A stretch of DNA of 17,311 nucleotides from positions 1 through 17,311 of the forward strand of contig CAIMWN010000287.1 in the NCBI GenBank assembly GCA_903845155.1, in the 5' to 3' direction. Both the position numbers and the translations under genes were made by a program. Source of the stretch: Oligoflexia bacterium (GTDB taxonomy: Bacteria; Bdellovibrionota; UBA1018; CAIMNF01). Shown here piece by piece: positions 7,533 through 15,035 of the stretch (the first letter of the stretch is position 1; each line of letters begins with the position of its first letter). The notes below the pieces were generated by a model. It had not been told where the DNA came from. It saw only the letters and a program-made list of their open reading frames with translations, and did no database searches.

Positions 7533-9911
7533 ATGATGAAAACCATAATTGCAATTATAGGAATGATGCAAGTAGTGGCCTTTGCCGGACCCTCAACGCT
7601 CGACGTGAAGAAACGGGGTGAGCAAGAAATCAAGCAAATTGTTCAACCGATCCTCACTCAGTACTGTCATGAACAATGCGAAATCATTGGTGCGAGCACT
7701 GAAGTGGATGTTGCCGTTCAAGACGAAGCTACTCCCGGTTTTGAAGACAATGTAGGAAAGGCAACCTTGACTCCGGTTTCAGGTAAAGTGCAAATCCTCG
7801 TGGACAAATTTCTATCAGATACCAAAAGAAAACAAGTAACCGATCTCATCGCTGAACACTTAAAGCAACTCGACTATAGAGTTGAAATTGAAAGCACGAT
7901 TAAGGAATTTCCTCAGCCTGCGGCTTCCGGATATCGCGTAGCTGAACTCCGTGAAAAGGTGACCAGAGACATCAAGGCATCTATGCAAAGTCTGATCAAT
8001 CAATTTTGTGCAGATTCATGTATTTTAGGACAGTTTGATGTGCAAACTGAAGTAGTGAATGCCGATGAAGTCAATTACGGTTCAAGCCAGGATTATTTTC
8101 AAGATGGTCCAGCAGCGATTCGGGTCCGAAATGTGAAGGCGACCGTGATGGTGGATCAATCTCTTCCAAAAGAAGAAGCAGCCGGAATTGTGGAGATGGC
8201 GAAAGTTAAATTAAGCCAATACAAAAATGCCCAGGTGACGAGTGAAGTGATGAATTTTCCGAAAACTTCAAGCATGCTCGCAAAAAATGGAATTTACGGC
8301 AATGGCCGCTATCCAGCGGGCGTTGACGGAAAAAATAGTGAAACCAGTGAATCTAAAGATTCAAAATTAGACGCTAAGAGTGACTCAAAATATGATTCTA
8401 AAACTGATTCGAAGTACGATGCCAAAACTGATTCAAAATACCAATCGTTAACAGACGCTAAAGAACAAACTACGCGCTCTGATGCTCGTTCTGAATCCTT
8501 GAAAAAGAATGAAACGAATAGCAATAGCAATAGCAATAATAATACTGAAAATAAATCTGAGAAATTTGAACGCTTTGAGAAAATTGAGCGCGTTGAAAAT
8601 GGAGATGCCGTTCAACAAGTGCTTGAAAAATTCCGCGTATACGGAATTATTCTTTCTGCGATCATGCTTGCTTTATTATTTAGTTTAGTTGCCATATCAT
8701 TTCGAAGAAACAATTGGGGTGGCGCGAAGGCAACTGATCAGGCGCATTCGCCAAAAGCTGAACAGGGTTCAAAAGGCGCGCCAAGTGCCGAGTCTGGTGT
8801 TCTTACTAGTGACGAGAAATCGGCGCTCATCGGAAAGAGGATTGAAGCCGATCGTCTCTTTAATGACCTTACTCAAATTTTTTCCGAACAGCCTAAAGTT
8901 GCGAAATATGTATTCACTCATGTTTTGACCGAAGAAGGCGTAGAGACTGCCGCCCAGTATTTGGAGATTTTTGGTGAAACCGTAATTATGGATCTGCTTC
9001 GCGATCCCGGTCTTCAGTCTGACTTGTCAGAACTGATGGATTTTTACGCTAAAAATACTTTTGATATTAATGATGATGAGACGTTAATGCTATTGAAGAA
9101 GCTCCATCATCGAACCGTCACCGCCAAAATGCAAGTTCATGGCAGCCGCTCCGCCGTGTTGTTCGATTTCTTGGCAGATATGGATACTCCACAGATTTTT
9201 GAAATGATCAAAAATGAATCGAATACAGTGAAGGCCATTGTCCTCACTCAGTGTGATCAGAAGAAACGTCAGGCTATTTTTGCATCTTATGATGACCATA
9301 ATCGTCTGAAACTGATGACCGAACTTTCTCGCATTGATCATTTACCAAAAAATTATATTTTCAACGTGGCCTCAGCGCTTCGTCGTAAGAAAGCTGAGAA
9401 TCCAAAACTCAATACTGAAGCGCTTCCGGGCACCGATGTGTTGGTCAGTTTCCTTGAAAAGGCGAGTGTGGATACCCAACGCACCATCATTCATCAACTC
9501 ATGTCTTCGGCTGGGGGCGATGTGCTCAATAACTTGAAAGCGAAGCTCGCCAGTGTGGAGACCTTGAGATTTGTGAAGGACGCCCAACTGACTGAAGTAA
9601 TTACCCATGTAAAACATGATGAACTTCTTCAGTTTCTACAGGGCTGTAGTAAGGATGTGCGAGAATCGGTGCTGTCTAAAGCACCGCAAGATCTTGCAGC
9701 TGATCTGAGTGATGGTCTGCAACTTTCTGAGCCGGTCAATCGTGATACCTACATCGCCGTTGAACGTAAGATCATCAATAGAATTAAGGTCCTTGCGAAC
9801 CAAGGGCAGATCAGTCTTACAGAAGTGAATGAACGGATGTTTGCAGAAGAGTTTGGATTTAATCATTCAAACCCTGACGTAACTGAAGTTGGATACGGGA
9901 AGGTAGGTTAA
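7533..9911 (+). CDS. Membrane-anchored FliG-like protein with an exported N-terminal duplicated domain that is possibly FliF-like
   Basis: Signal peptide MMKTIIAIIGMMQVVAFAG, two similar exported domains (CHEQC and CADSC copies), a DSK-rich linker, and one TM helix (VYGIILSAIMLALLFSLVAISF followed by RRN). The C-terminal region aligns with FliG: IFEMIKNESNTVKAIVLTQCDQKKRQAIF matches the middle domain and VITHVKHDELLQFLQGCSKDVRESVLSKAPQDLAADLSDGLQLSEPVNRDTYIAVERKIINRIKVLANQGQI matches the C-terminal domain. A GAGGAAG Shine-Dalgarno sequence precedes the ATG. Confidence 0.85.
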   Translation: MMKTIIAIIGMMQVVAFAGPSTLDVKKRGEQEIKQIVQPILTQYCHEQCEIIGASTEVDVAVQDEATPGFEDNVGKATLTPVSGKVQILVDKFLSDTKRKQVTDLIAEHLKQLDYRVEIESTIKEFPQPAASGYRVAELREKVTRDIKASMQSLINQFCADSCILGQFDVQTEVVNADEVNYGSSQDYFQDGPAAIRVRNVKATVMVDQSLPKEEAAGIVEMAKVKLSQYKNAQVTSEVMNFPKTSSMLAKNGIYGNGRYPAGVDGKNSETSESKDSKLDAKSDSKYDSKTDSKYDAKTDSKYQSLTDAKEQTTRSDARSESLKKNETNSNSNSNNNTENKSEKFERFEKIERVENGDAVQQVLEKFRVYGIILSAIMLALLFSLVAISFRRNNWGGAKATDQAHSPKAEQGSKGAPSAESGVLTSDEKSALIGKRIEADRLFNDLTQIFSEQPKVAKYVFTHVLTEEGVETAAQYLEIFGETVIMDLLRDPGLQSDLSELMDFYAKNTFDINDDETLMLLKKLHHRTVTAKMQVHGSRSAVLFDFLADMDTPQIFEMIKNESNTVKAIVLTQCDQKKRQAIFASYDDHNRLKLMTELSRIDHLPKNYIFNVASALRRKKAENPKLNTEALPGTDVLVSFLEKASVDTQRTIIHQLMSSAGGDVLNNLKAKLASVETLRFVKDAQLTEVITHVKHDELLQFLQGCSKDVRESVLSKAPQDLAADLSDGLQLSEPVNRDTYIAVERKIINRIKVLANQGQISLTEVNERMFAEEFGFNHSNPDVTEVGYGKVG
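8355..8450 (+). repeat. Four imperfect 24-nt in-frame tandem units encoding an (x-D-S-K-x-D-x-K)-type linker
   Basis: Units at 8355-8378 KDSKLDAK, 8379-8402 SDSKYDSK, 8403-8426 TDSKYDAK and 8427-8450 TDSKYQSL, followed by the partial TDAK. Confidence 0.85.
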
Positions 9912-9915
9912 TACT

Positions 9916-10701
9916 ATGAATATTTCATCATTAGTGGGCATTTTTATTGGCATGGCAGTAGTAGGGGCCTCCTTATCTGAGACGGGGATGGATGTTAAAT
10001 TCTTCCTGAACTTTCACGGTTTGGTCATTGTTTGCGGAGGAACGCTGGCGGCAGCGGCCATTAGCTTTCCGCTATCGAAGATTTTTATGCTCGCAAAAGT
10101 ATTTTTCCTGCGACTCGTAGGTAAAAATAAAGTGGATTATCAGGGAACGATTGAGCAAATGTTGGAGTTGAATAAGAAACTTTCATTGGGTTTGGTCGGT
10201 TCACATGAAGCCATTGCGGGAATTAACAATGAATTTTTAAAAGAAGCTGTGACTTTGGTAGCAGATGGAGTGTTGAGTGAAAAAGAGATTAGATGTGTTC
10301 TAGACCAGAGACTGAGAACGATTGAACATCATTATATGCATGAAGCAAATATGTTTAAGGTGATTGGGAAGTATCCGCCTGCATTTGGACTATTAGCAAC
10401 TACACTTGGAATGATCGCACTTCTTCAAAAAATTGGCCAACCCGGTGCCGAAAAACTGATTGGTCCAGCGATGGCAATTGGACTTGTGGGTACTCTCTAC
10501 GGGATTGGTCTTGCCAATTTGCTTTTTTTACCGATATCGGAAGCTCTTGTTGAAAAAACAGAAGAGGAAATTACACTTCGCAAAATGATTATTGAAGGTT
10601 CAGTCCTCTTGAAGCAAAGAGTGAGCCCCGTTTATATGCGTGAGAGCTTAAATTCATTTCTTCTTCCCCGTGATCGCGTGGTTCGTAGAAAGGCAGCGTA
10701 A
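9916..10701 (+). CDS. motA: MotA-like stator / proton channel subunit
   Basis: FLNFHGLVIVCGGTLAAAAISFP, NNEFLKEAVTLVADG, YPPAFGLLATTLGMIALLQKIGQPGAEKLIGPAMAIGLVGTLYGIGLANLLFLPISEAL. This matches the MotA/TolQ/ExbB family with conserved TM prolines. The symbol denotes family, not proven flagellar function. Confidence 0.92.
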   Translation: MNISSLVGIFIGMAVVGASLSETGMDVKFFLNFHGLVIVCGGTLAAAAISFPLSKIFMLAKVFFLRLVGKNKVDYQGTIEQMLELNKKLSLGLVGSHEAIAGINNEFLKEAVTLVADGVLSEKEIRCVLDQRLRTIEHHYMHEANMFKVIGKYPPAFGLLATTLGMIALLQKIGQPGAEKLIGPAMAIGLVGTLYGIGLANLLFLPISEALVEKTEEEITLRKMIIEGSVLLKQRVSPVYMRESLNSFLLPRDRVVRRKAA

Positions 10702-10707
10702 TTTTTT

Positions 10708-11556
10708 ATGGCAGTCATACGTAAGCTTGATCCAAATACTGAAGAGTCAAATGAAGGGCCACCGCCGCCCAAGAAATATGATCGCTTTAATCAAGGCCAC
10801 GACGATTCAAATTGGTTAATTAGTTATGCTGATATGATGACCCTGCTTTGCGTTTTTTACATCATGATGTTCAGTATGGCGAAAATGAATACTGCAGAAT
10901 TTGAAAAGGTGAAGAAAGAGGTCGCACAAAACTTGGGAACCAAGTATGAGTCACCTACCGAGAATCTCGGTAAATATGTCACCAATATTTTAACTGAAAC
11001 GGGTGTAGCAAAAGACGCGACCATGGTGAGCGACGGTGTGAGTGTGAGTATCGCGTTTCACTCGACCCTCTTTTTTGATACAATGAGTGCCGAGATTTCA
11101 CCGCAAGGCCGAGAGATTCTAGAAAAAGTCATTGCTGGGCTGGATGAACATCAAAAGCTAAATAAGAAACATTATAAGATAGTGGTAGAAGGGCATACCG
11201 ATAGCCAAGCGATTGTAGGTGGGCCGTTTCCATCCAATTGGGAATTATCGAGTTCGCGTGCGACTCGTGTGATTAGGTTGTTTTTGGATCGTGGATTTCA
11301 GGCTTCCAATCTTCTGGCGATTGGTTATGCCGATACGCAGCCCGTGGCCGACAGTAGGAATCCTGACGGTACATGGAATGCTGAGAACTTAGGTAAAAAT
11401 AGGCGTGTGGTATTAAGAGTGATGCTCCCTGATGTGGATTCGATACCTTGGAAAGTAGCCCCGTCGGGAGTCAAGAATACTGCTACAACAGCAACTCCAG
11501 TCACGGTGGTTGCGCCCGTTTCTGTTGCCCCGGCCCCTGCGGCTCCGGTCAAATAG
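10708..11556 (+). CDS. motB: MotB-like stator subunit with OmpA-like peptidoglycan-binding domain
   Basis: Channel motif NWLISYADMMTLLCVFYIMMFSMAKMN, with the Asp codon at 10831-10833. OmpA/MotB domain IVVEGHTDSQAIVGGPFPSNWELSSSRATRVIRLFLDRGFQASNLLAIGYADTQPV. Confidence 0.95.
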   Translation: MAVIRKLDPNTEESNEGPPPPKKYDRFNQGHDDSNWLISYADMMTLLCVFYIMMFSMAKMNTAEFEKVKKEVAQNLGTKYESPTENLGKYVTNILTETGVAKDATMVSDGVSVSIAFHSTLFFDTMSAEISPQGREILEKVIAGLDEHQKLNKKHYKIVVEGHTDSQAIVGGPFPSNWELSSSRATRVIRLFLDRGFQASNLLAIGYADTQPVADSRNPDGTWNAENLGKNRRVVLRVMLPDVDSIPWKVAPSGVKNTATTATPVTVVAPVSVAPAPAAPVK

Positions 11557-11689
11557 TTGTCCCTGTTTACCCAGTTGATTTATTAAACTAGGCAAATCAT
11601 TCCCATGGCAGCCCTTGTTTAATAATGAGATTCTGATTCAAGAGTCAGTGGAGATTCCAATTAAACTAAAAAGCAGGGAGCAATACAGG

Positions 11690-11845
11690 ATGTCTACTCC
11701 AAAGGTTAAAACCATACGTACCAGTTCGATCGAGGTGATTGCACTTATCGCATCCCTGTTTTTTCTCGTGGCCGGCATGACTTTGATTTCGAATGGAAAA
11801 AAGATTTATGCAAATCAGCTCAAATTATCCGAGCGAATTAGATAA
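11690..11845 (+). CDS. Small single-TM protein (hypothetical)
   Basis: MSTPKVKTIRTSSIEVIALIASLFFLVAGMTLISNGKKIYANQLKLSERIR contains one hydrophobic helix. The ATG at 11690 lies downstream of a GGGAG-like sequence. The track's in-frame start at 11615 adds a less likely N-terminus. Confidence 0.45.
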   Translation: MSTPKVKTIRTSSIEVIALIASLFFLVAGMTLISNGKKIYANQLKLSERIR

Positions 11846-11851
11846 AAAGTG

Positions 11852-11896
11852 CAAAAAAAACCCCAGTCTCGAATGTTGATACACAAGACTGGGGTT
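11852..11896 (-). terminator. Rho-independent terminator on the minus strand, downstream of tRNA-Asn
   Basis: An 11-bp perfect inverted repeat, AACCCCAGTCT (11859-11869) and AGACTGGGGTT (11886-11896), with a 16-nt loop. On the minus strand it is followed by a T tract (the + strand has gcaaaaaaaacccc). Confidence 0.85.
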
Positions 11897-11970
11897 CCCT
11901 AGGTTGGGTGACTTCTCTAAAGTTGTATTTACGGCCAACACTAAATTTCCAACCAAGTGGTTGGCAAATA

Positions 11971-12045
11971 TGGCTCAGGAGGAGGGATTCGAACCCCCGA
12001 CCAATCGGTTAACAGCCGATTGCTCTACCACTGAGCTACTCCTGA
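11971..12045 (-). tRNA. tRNA-Asn (anticodon GTT), CCA encoded
   Basis: The minus strand reads TCAGGAG TA GCTC AGTGGTA GAGC A ATCGG CTGTTAA CCGAT TGGTC GGGGG TTCGAAT CCCTC CTCCTGA G CCA. It is a complete cloverleaf with anticodon GTT. Confidence 0.96.
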
Positions 12046-12097
12046 ATAGTAATATTTTAAGTAACCAAAAATCGATTCGTTGTCTATACTAAATTTA

Positions 12098-13909
12098 ATG
12101 CACCACAGACGCAATACTCTTCTTATAAATTTACTTTTTTTATTTATATTCGTGGAGAGTCCCATTTTCATTACGCCAGTTCATGCAAAACCTGAGAACT
12201 TAAGCGCACTGCTCCAGAGATGGACGCCACCCGAAGTGAAGAAATCCGTAAAAAAATCACCTAAAAAGAAGGCGGCTCAAGTCGCTTTAGGGGTAGAGGC
12301 CCTTCCTCTGGAGTACTGGATATACTTTGAAGCGAAGGCTGCTTTAGAAAAGAAGTTAGATCTTAAATCAATTGAATCGCTTGAGAAAAGAATTTTAGAA
12401 GTTCGCTTGAATGCAGATACACGTGCGCTCGAAAAGGAATTTGATGAGCTTTTTTATGCGCTCGAAATTAAGCGTGCGGAGAGGCAGGTCAGGCTAAAAT
12501 CGTGGCGCCTAGCCACTCGCTCTTTTACTCACGCCATGAATGCGCTTCATACCTTTAAGTGGATTTATTATTGGAGAGCTGAAACTTCCGATGCTCTGGT
12601 TGCACTCTGCACGCGAAAAGCTAAGGTGAAAGACGATGCCTGTCCGGTCCTTGCAAAAAGGGTAGTTGATGCCTTTCCGAAAAGCGCAACGGAAACTAAG
12701 GTACTAAGGGATTTGCCCGCCATTGAAGCATCCCCCCTGGTTGATGTGGCGACGGCCGACCGCCTTTCTCAGCCTTATCCTGAAAAGACCGAACAAGATG
12801 AAGAGGCTTTTGCAGATGTCCTCGATGATTATCTCAATGGGAAAGATCACGAATTGTTTGAGCACGCGAAACTGTTCATGAACGATTTTCCAAAATCAAT
12901 CTTACGCTTTAGGGCGTTGTTCTTAATGGCCGAGTTTGATTTCAAGTTCAATAGAAAAAAAGACGCCAAAGAAAAATACGATCAAATTATTAGCCAAATC
13001 CCGCTCAGTTATTATGCAGTAGTGGCAGCAGAGCGCAACGGCGTTCAACTCAGGGACCAAGTGAAGAAGGATATGATCAAAGTAGATCTCGATCAACTAA
13101 ACCTTCAGTACCCTGAAAAACAGGCTTTAGTTCGGGCTGAAAGTCTTTATGTGAAGAAACATTATGAAGAAGTCGCATTGGAGCTTGAAACCTTAACGAG
13201 AGTGCGCGCCTACAATCTCGACACCATTTTATATGTGATGGGTCTTGCTCATCAATCCAATCAAGACCTGACTGCATTTAGAATTGCGAACGAATTGATT
13301 CAGCGGAAGTATGATGGTTTACTTGCGAATGAATTCTTGGAAATGATTTTTCCGGATCGGTATTCTGAAGACATTGAACTTTATTCAAAATTAAATAAAA
13401 TCGATCCGCTTTGGGTTATGTCTTTGATGAAGCAAGAGTCGGGTTTTAAGGCACCCATCCTCTCTTCCTCTGGTGCGATGGGACTCATGCAATTGATGCC
13501 TTTTACCGCGCTCGACGTTCAAAAAGATGTGCTCCTTTCATCATTAAAGCAACCATCCAATAATATTTCGATTGGCACTAAATACATTGCTTCGCTTGCG
13601 GAGAAATACAATGGCAACATGGTCTTCGCGCTTGCAGCCTATAATGCAGGCCCAAATCGCGTTGCAAAATGGAAGAAAGACGCGAAACCAAATTGGGGAA
13701 TGACCGAGTTTATAGAATCCATTCCGTATAAGGAAACTCGTGACTATGTGATGTCGATCTTCAGAAATCATTATTGGTATCAGTATCGAAAGGGTCAATC
13801 AGCACAAAGCGTCTTTGATCCCAATTTCGATTTAAAAAGACCAATCGATACCAAAACCGATTCTAAAACTGATGCCAGAGTAGATGTGAAGCTCGAAGCG
13901 AAGAAATAG
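12098..13909 (+). CDS. Soluble lytic murein transglycosylase (SLT domain) with helical N-terminal region
   Basis: A hydrophobic signal follows MHHRRNTLL. SLT motifs: DPLWVMSLMKQESGFKAPILSSSGAMGLMQLMPFTA, with the predicted catalytic Glu codon at 13436-13438, plus NISIGTKYIASLAEKYNGNMVFALAAYNAGPNRVAKW and FIESIPYKETRDYV. The track start at 12080 is a TTG. Confidence 0.9.
   Translation: MHHRRNTLLINLLFLFIFVESPIFITPVHAKPENLSALLQRWTPPEVKKSVKKSPKKKAAQVALGVEALPLEYWIYFEAKAALEKKLDLKSIESLEKRILEVRLNADTRALEKEFDELFYALEIKRAERQVRLKSWRLATRSFTHAMNALHTFKWIYYWRAETSDALVALCTRKAKVKDDACPVLAKRVVDAFPKSATETKVLRDLPAIEASPLVDVATADRLSQPYPEKTEQDEEAFADVLDDYLNGKDHELFEHAKLFMNDFPKSILRFRALFLMAEFDFKFNRKKDAKEKYDQIISQIPLSYYAVVAAERNGVQLRDQVKKDMIKVDLDQLNLQYPEKQALVRAESLYVKKHYEEVALELETLTRVRAYNLDTILYVMGLAHQSNQDLTAFRIANELIQRKYDGLLANEFLEMIFPDRYSEDIELYSKLNKIDPLWVMSLMKQESGFKAPILSSSGAMGLMQLMPFTALDVQKDVLLSSLKQPSNNISIGTKYIASLAEKYNGNMVFALAAYNAGPNRVAKWKKDAKPNWGMTEFIESIPYKETRDYVMSIFRNHYWYQYRKGQSAQSVFDPNFDLKRPIDTKTDSKTDARVDVKLEAKK
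13844..13903 (+). repeat. C-terminal tetrapeptide-like repeats in the transglycosylase (12-nt period)
   Basis: The tail reads IDTK TDSK TDAR VDVK LEAK, five imperfect x-D/E-x-K/R units. Confidence 0.6.
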
Positions 13910-14056
13910 TCGCAGGGGGGAGTGTTATTTGAGGGAAAGGCATTCAATTCTGTCCCCATCAACGCTTATAATGGCTTTGAAAAGCAGCTGAAAACTTAGC
14001 GTTTCTTGCCCCTTTTAACATTGACGATCAAGGCGCGAGTTGGGTAGATTTTCAGC

Positions 14057-15013
14057 ATGCAACGAAAACGCGACTGGGTCTTGTTATCGGGGAGTTATAA
14101 TCCTGCTCTATCACAAAAAATTAGTGACAGACTAGAGCGCCCACTGGGAAAAATTGAAGTGAGACGCTTCAGTGATGGCGAAATCTTCGTTGAGATAAAA
14201 GAAAATGTAAGAGGTCGCGCAGTCTACGTCATTCAAAGTACTTGCGCTCCTGTGAATGACTCGCTGATGGAATTACTCATCATGATTGATGCTCTGAAAC
14301 GCGCAAGTGCGAAGGAAATTAATGTTGTCATTCCTTACTATGGGTACGCAAGACAAGACCGAAAAGTTTCTCCACGCACTCCTATCAGTGCAAAATTAAC
14401 TGCCGATATTCTTACTACTGCTGGTGCAACCCGAGTCGTTTCTGTCGATCTTCATGCCGGACAAATCCAAGGTTTTTTCAATATTCCATTTGATAACTTG
14501 TATGCAATGCCTGTGATTCAAAAATACTTAGAACAAAAAGTAGTTCCCACTGCAGGCGAAATTGTAGTGGTGAGTCCAGATGCAGGTGGCGTGGAGCGTG
14601 CGCGCGCACTCGCAAAGAGATTGAATGCAACCGTAGCCATCATTGATAAAAGAAGGATCGGTCCGAACGTCGCGAAAGCGATGAATATCATCGGGGAAGT
14701 AAAGGGTGCGACTGCGATTATTCTGGATGACATGATTGATACGGCCGGAACCTTAACGGAGGCTGCAAATGCAGTGATGGATCATGGTGCGAAGCGGATT
14801 ATTGCAGCTGCCACGCATGGTGTATTTTCTGGTCCAGCCATTCAACGCATTAATGATTCTAAAATTGAAAAAGTAATTGTGACCGATACTATTCCTCTTT
14901 CACAGATGGCTCAGTCTTCTACAAAAATTGAGCAGCTTTCGGTGGCCCCTCTTTTAGCTGAAGCCATTTATCGAATTCATCACTATGATTCAGTGAGTAG
15001 CCTTTTTACGTGA
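14057..15013 (+). CDS. prs: Ribose-phosphate pyrophosphokinase
   Basis: [66 protein letters not shown] and the PRPP-binding [12 protein letters not shown]. Confidence 0.97.
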   Translation: MQRKRDWVLLSGSYNPALSQKISDRLERPLGKIEVRRFSDGEIFVEIKENVRGRAVYVIQSTCAPVNDSLMELLIMIDALKRASAKEINVVIPYYGYARQDRKVSPRTPISAKLTADILTTAGATRVVSVDLHAGQIQGFFNIPFDNLYAMPVIQKYLEQKVVPTAGEIVVVSPDAGGVERARALAKRLNATVAIIDKRRIGPNVAKAMNIIGEVKGATAIILDDMIDTAGTLTEAANAVMDHGAKRIIAAATHGVFSGPAIQRINDSKIEKVIVTDTIPLSQMAQSSTKIEQLSVAPLLAEAIYRIHHYDSVSSLFT

Positions 15014-15035
15014 TTCGAAACAGGGCGGGCTCAGT

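Noticed and set aside
8355-8450. Possible CRISPR array or mobile-element repeat
   Set aside because: The repeats are contiguous, imperfect, in-frame 24-nt units without spacers, so they are protein-level low complexity.
8309-8536. 75-aa minus ORF rich in ESVLESYFESLL repeats
   Set aside because: It is only the antisense translation of the DSK-repeat linker. The repeat look derives from the coding strand.
9916-11556. Zorya-type anti-phage defence (ZorAB are MotAB-like)
   Set aside because: No ZorC, ZorD or ZorE helicase/nuclease genes are adjacent, MotA lacks the long cytoplasmic ZorA tail, and the neighbours are a FliG-like protein and envelope proteins.
11971-12045. tRNA-Asn as an integration site for a mobile element
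   Set aside because: No integrase, transposase or direct repeat of the tRNA 3' end was seen nearby, and flanking genes look like stable chromosomal content.
11904-12092. 62-aa + strand ORF (contains EEGFEPPTNRLTADCSTTELL)
   Set aside because: It reads antisense through the tRNA-Asn gene. This peptide type is a classic spurious translation of a tRNA.
14021-14050. Possible sigma70-like promoter TTGACG...TAGATT upstream of prs
   Set aside because: The -10-like hexamer would sit only a few nt before the ATG, which is implausible for a leadered transcript, and there is no other support.
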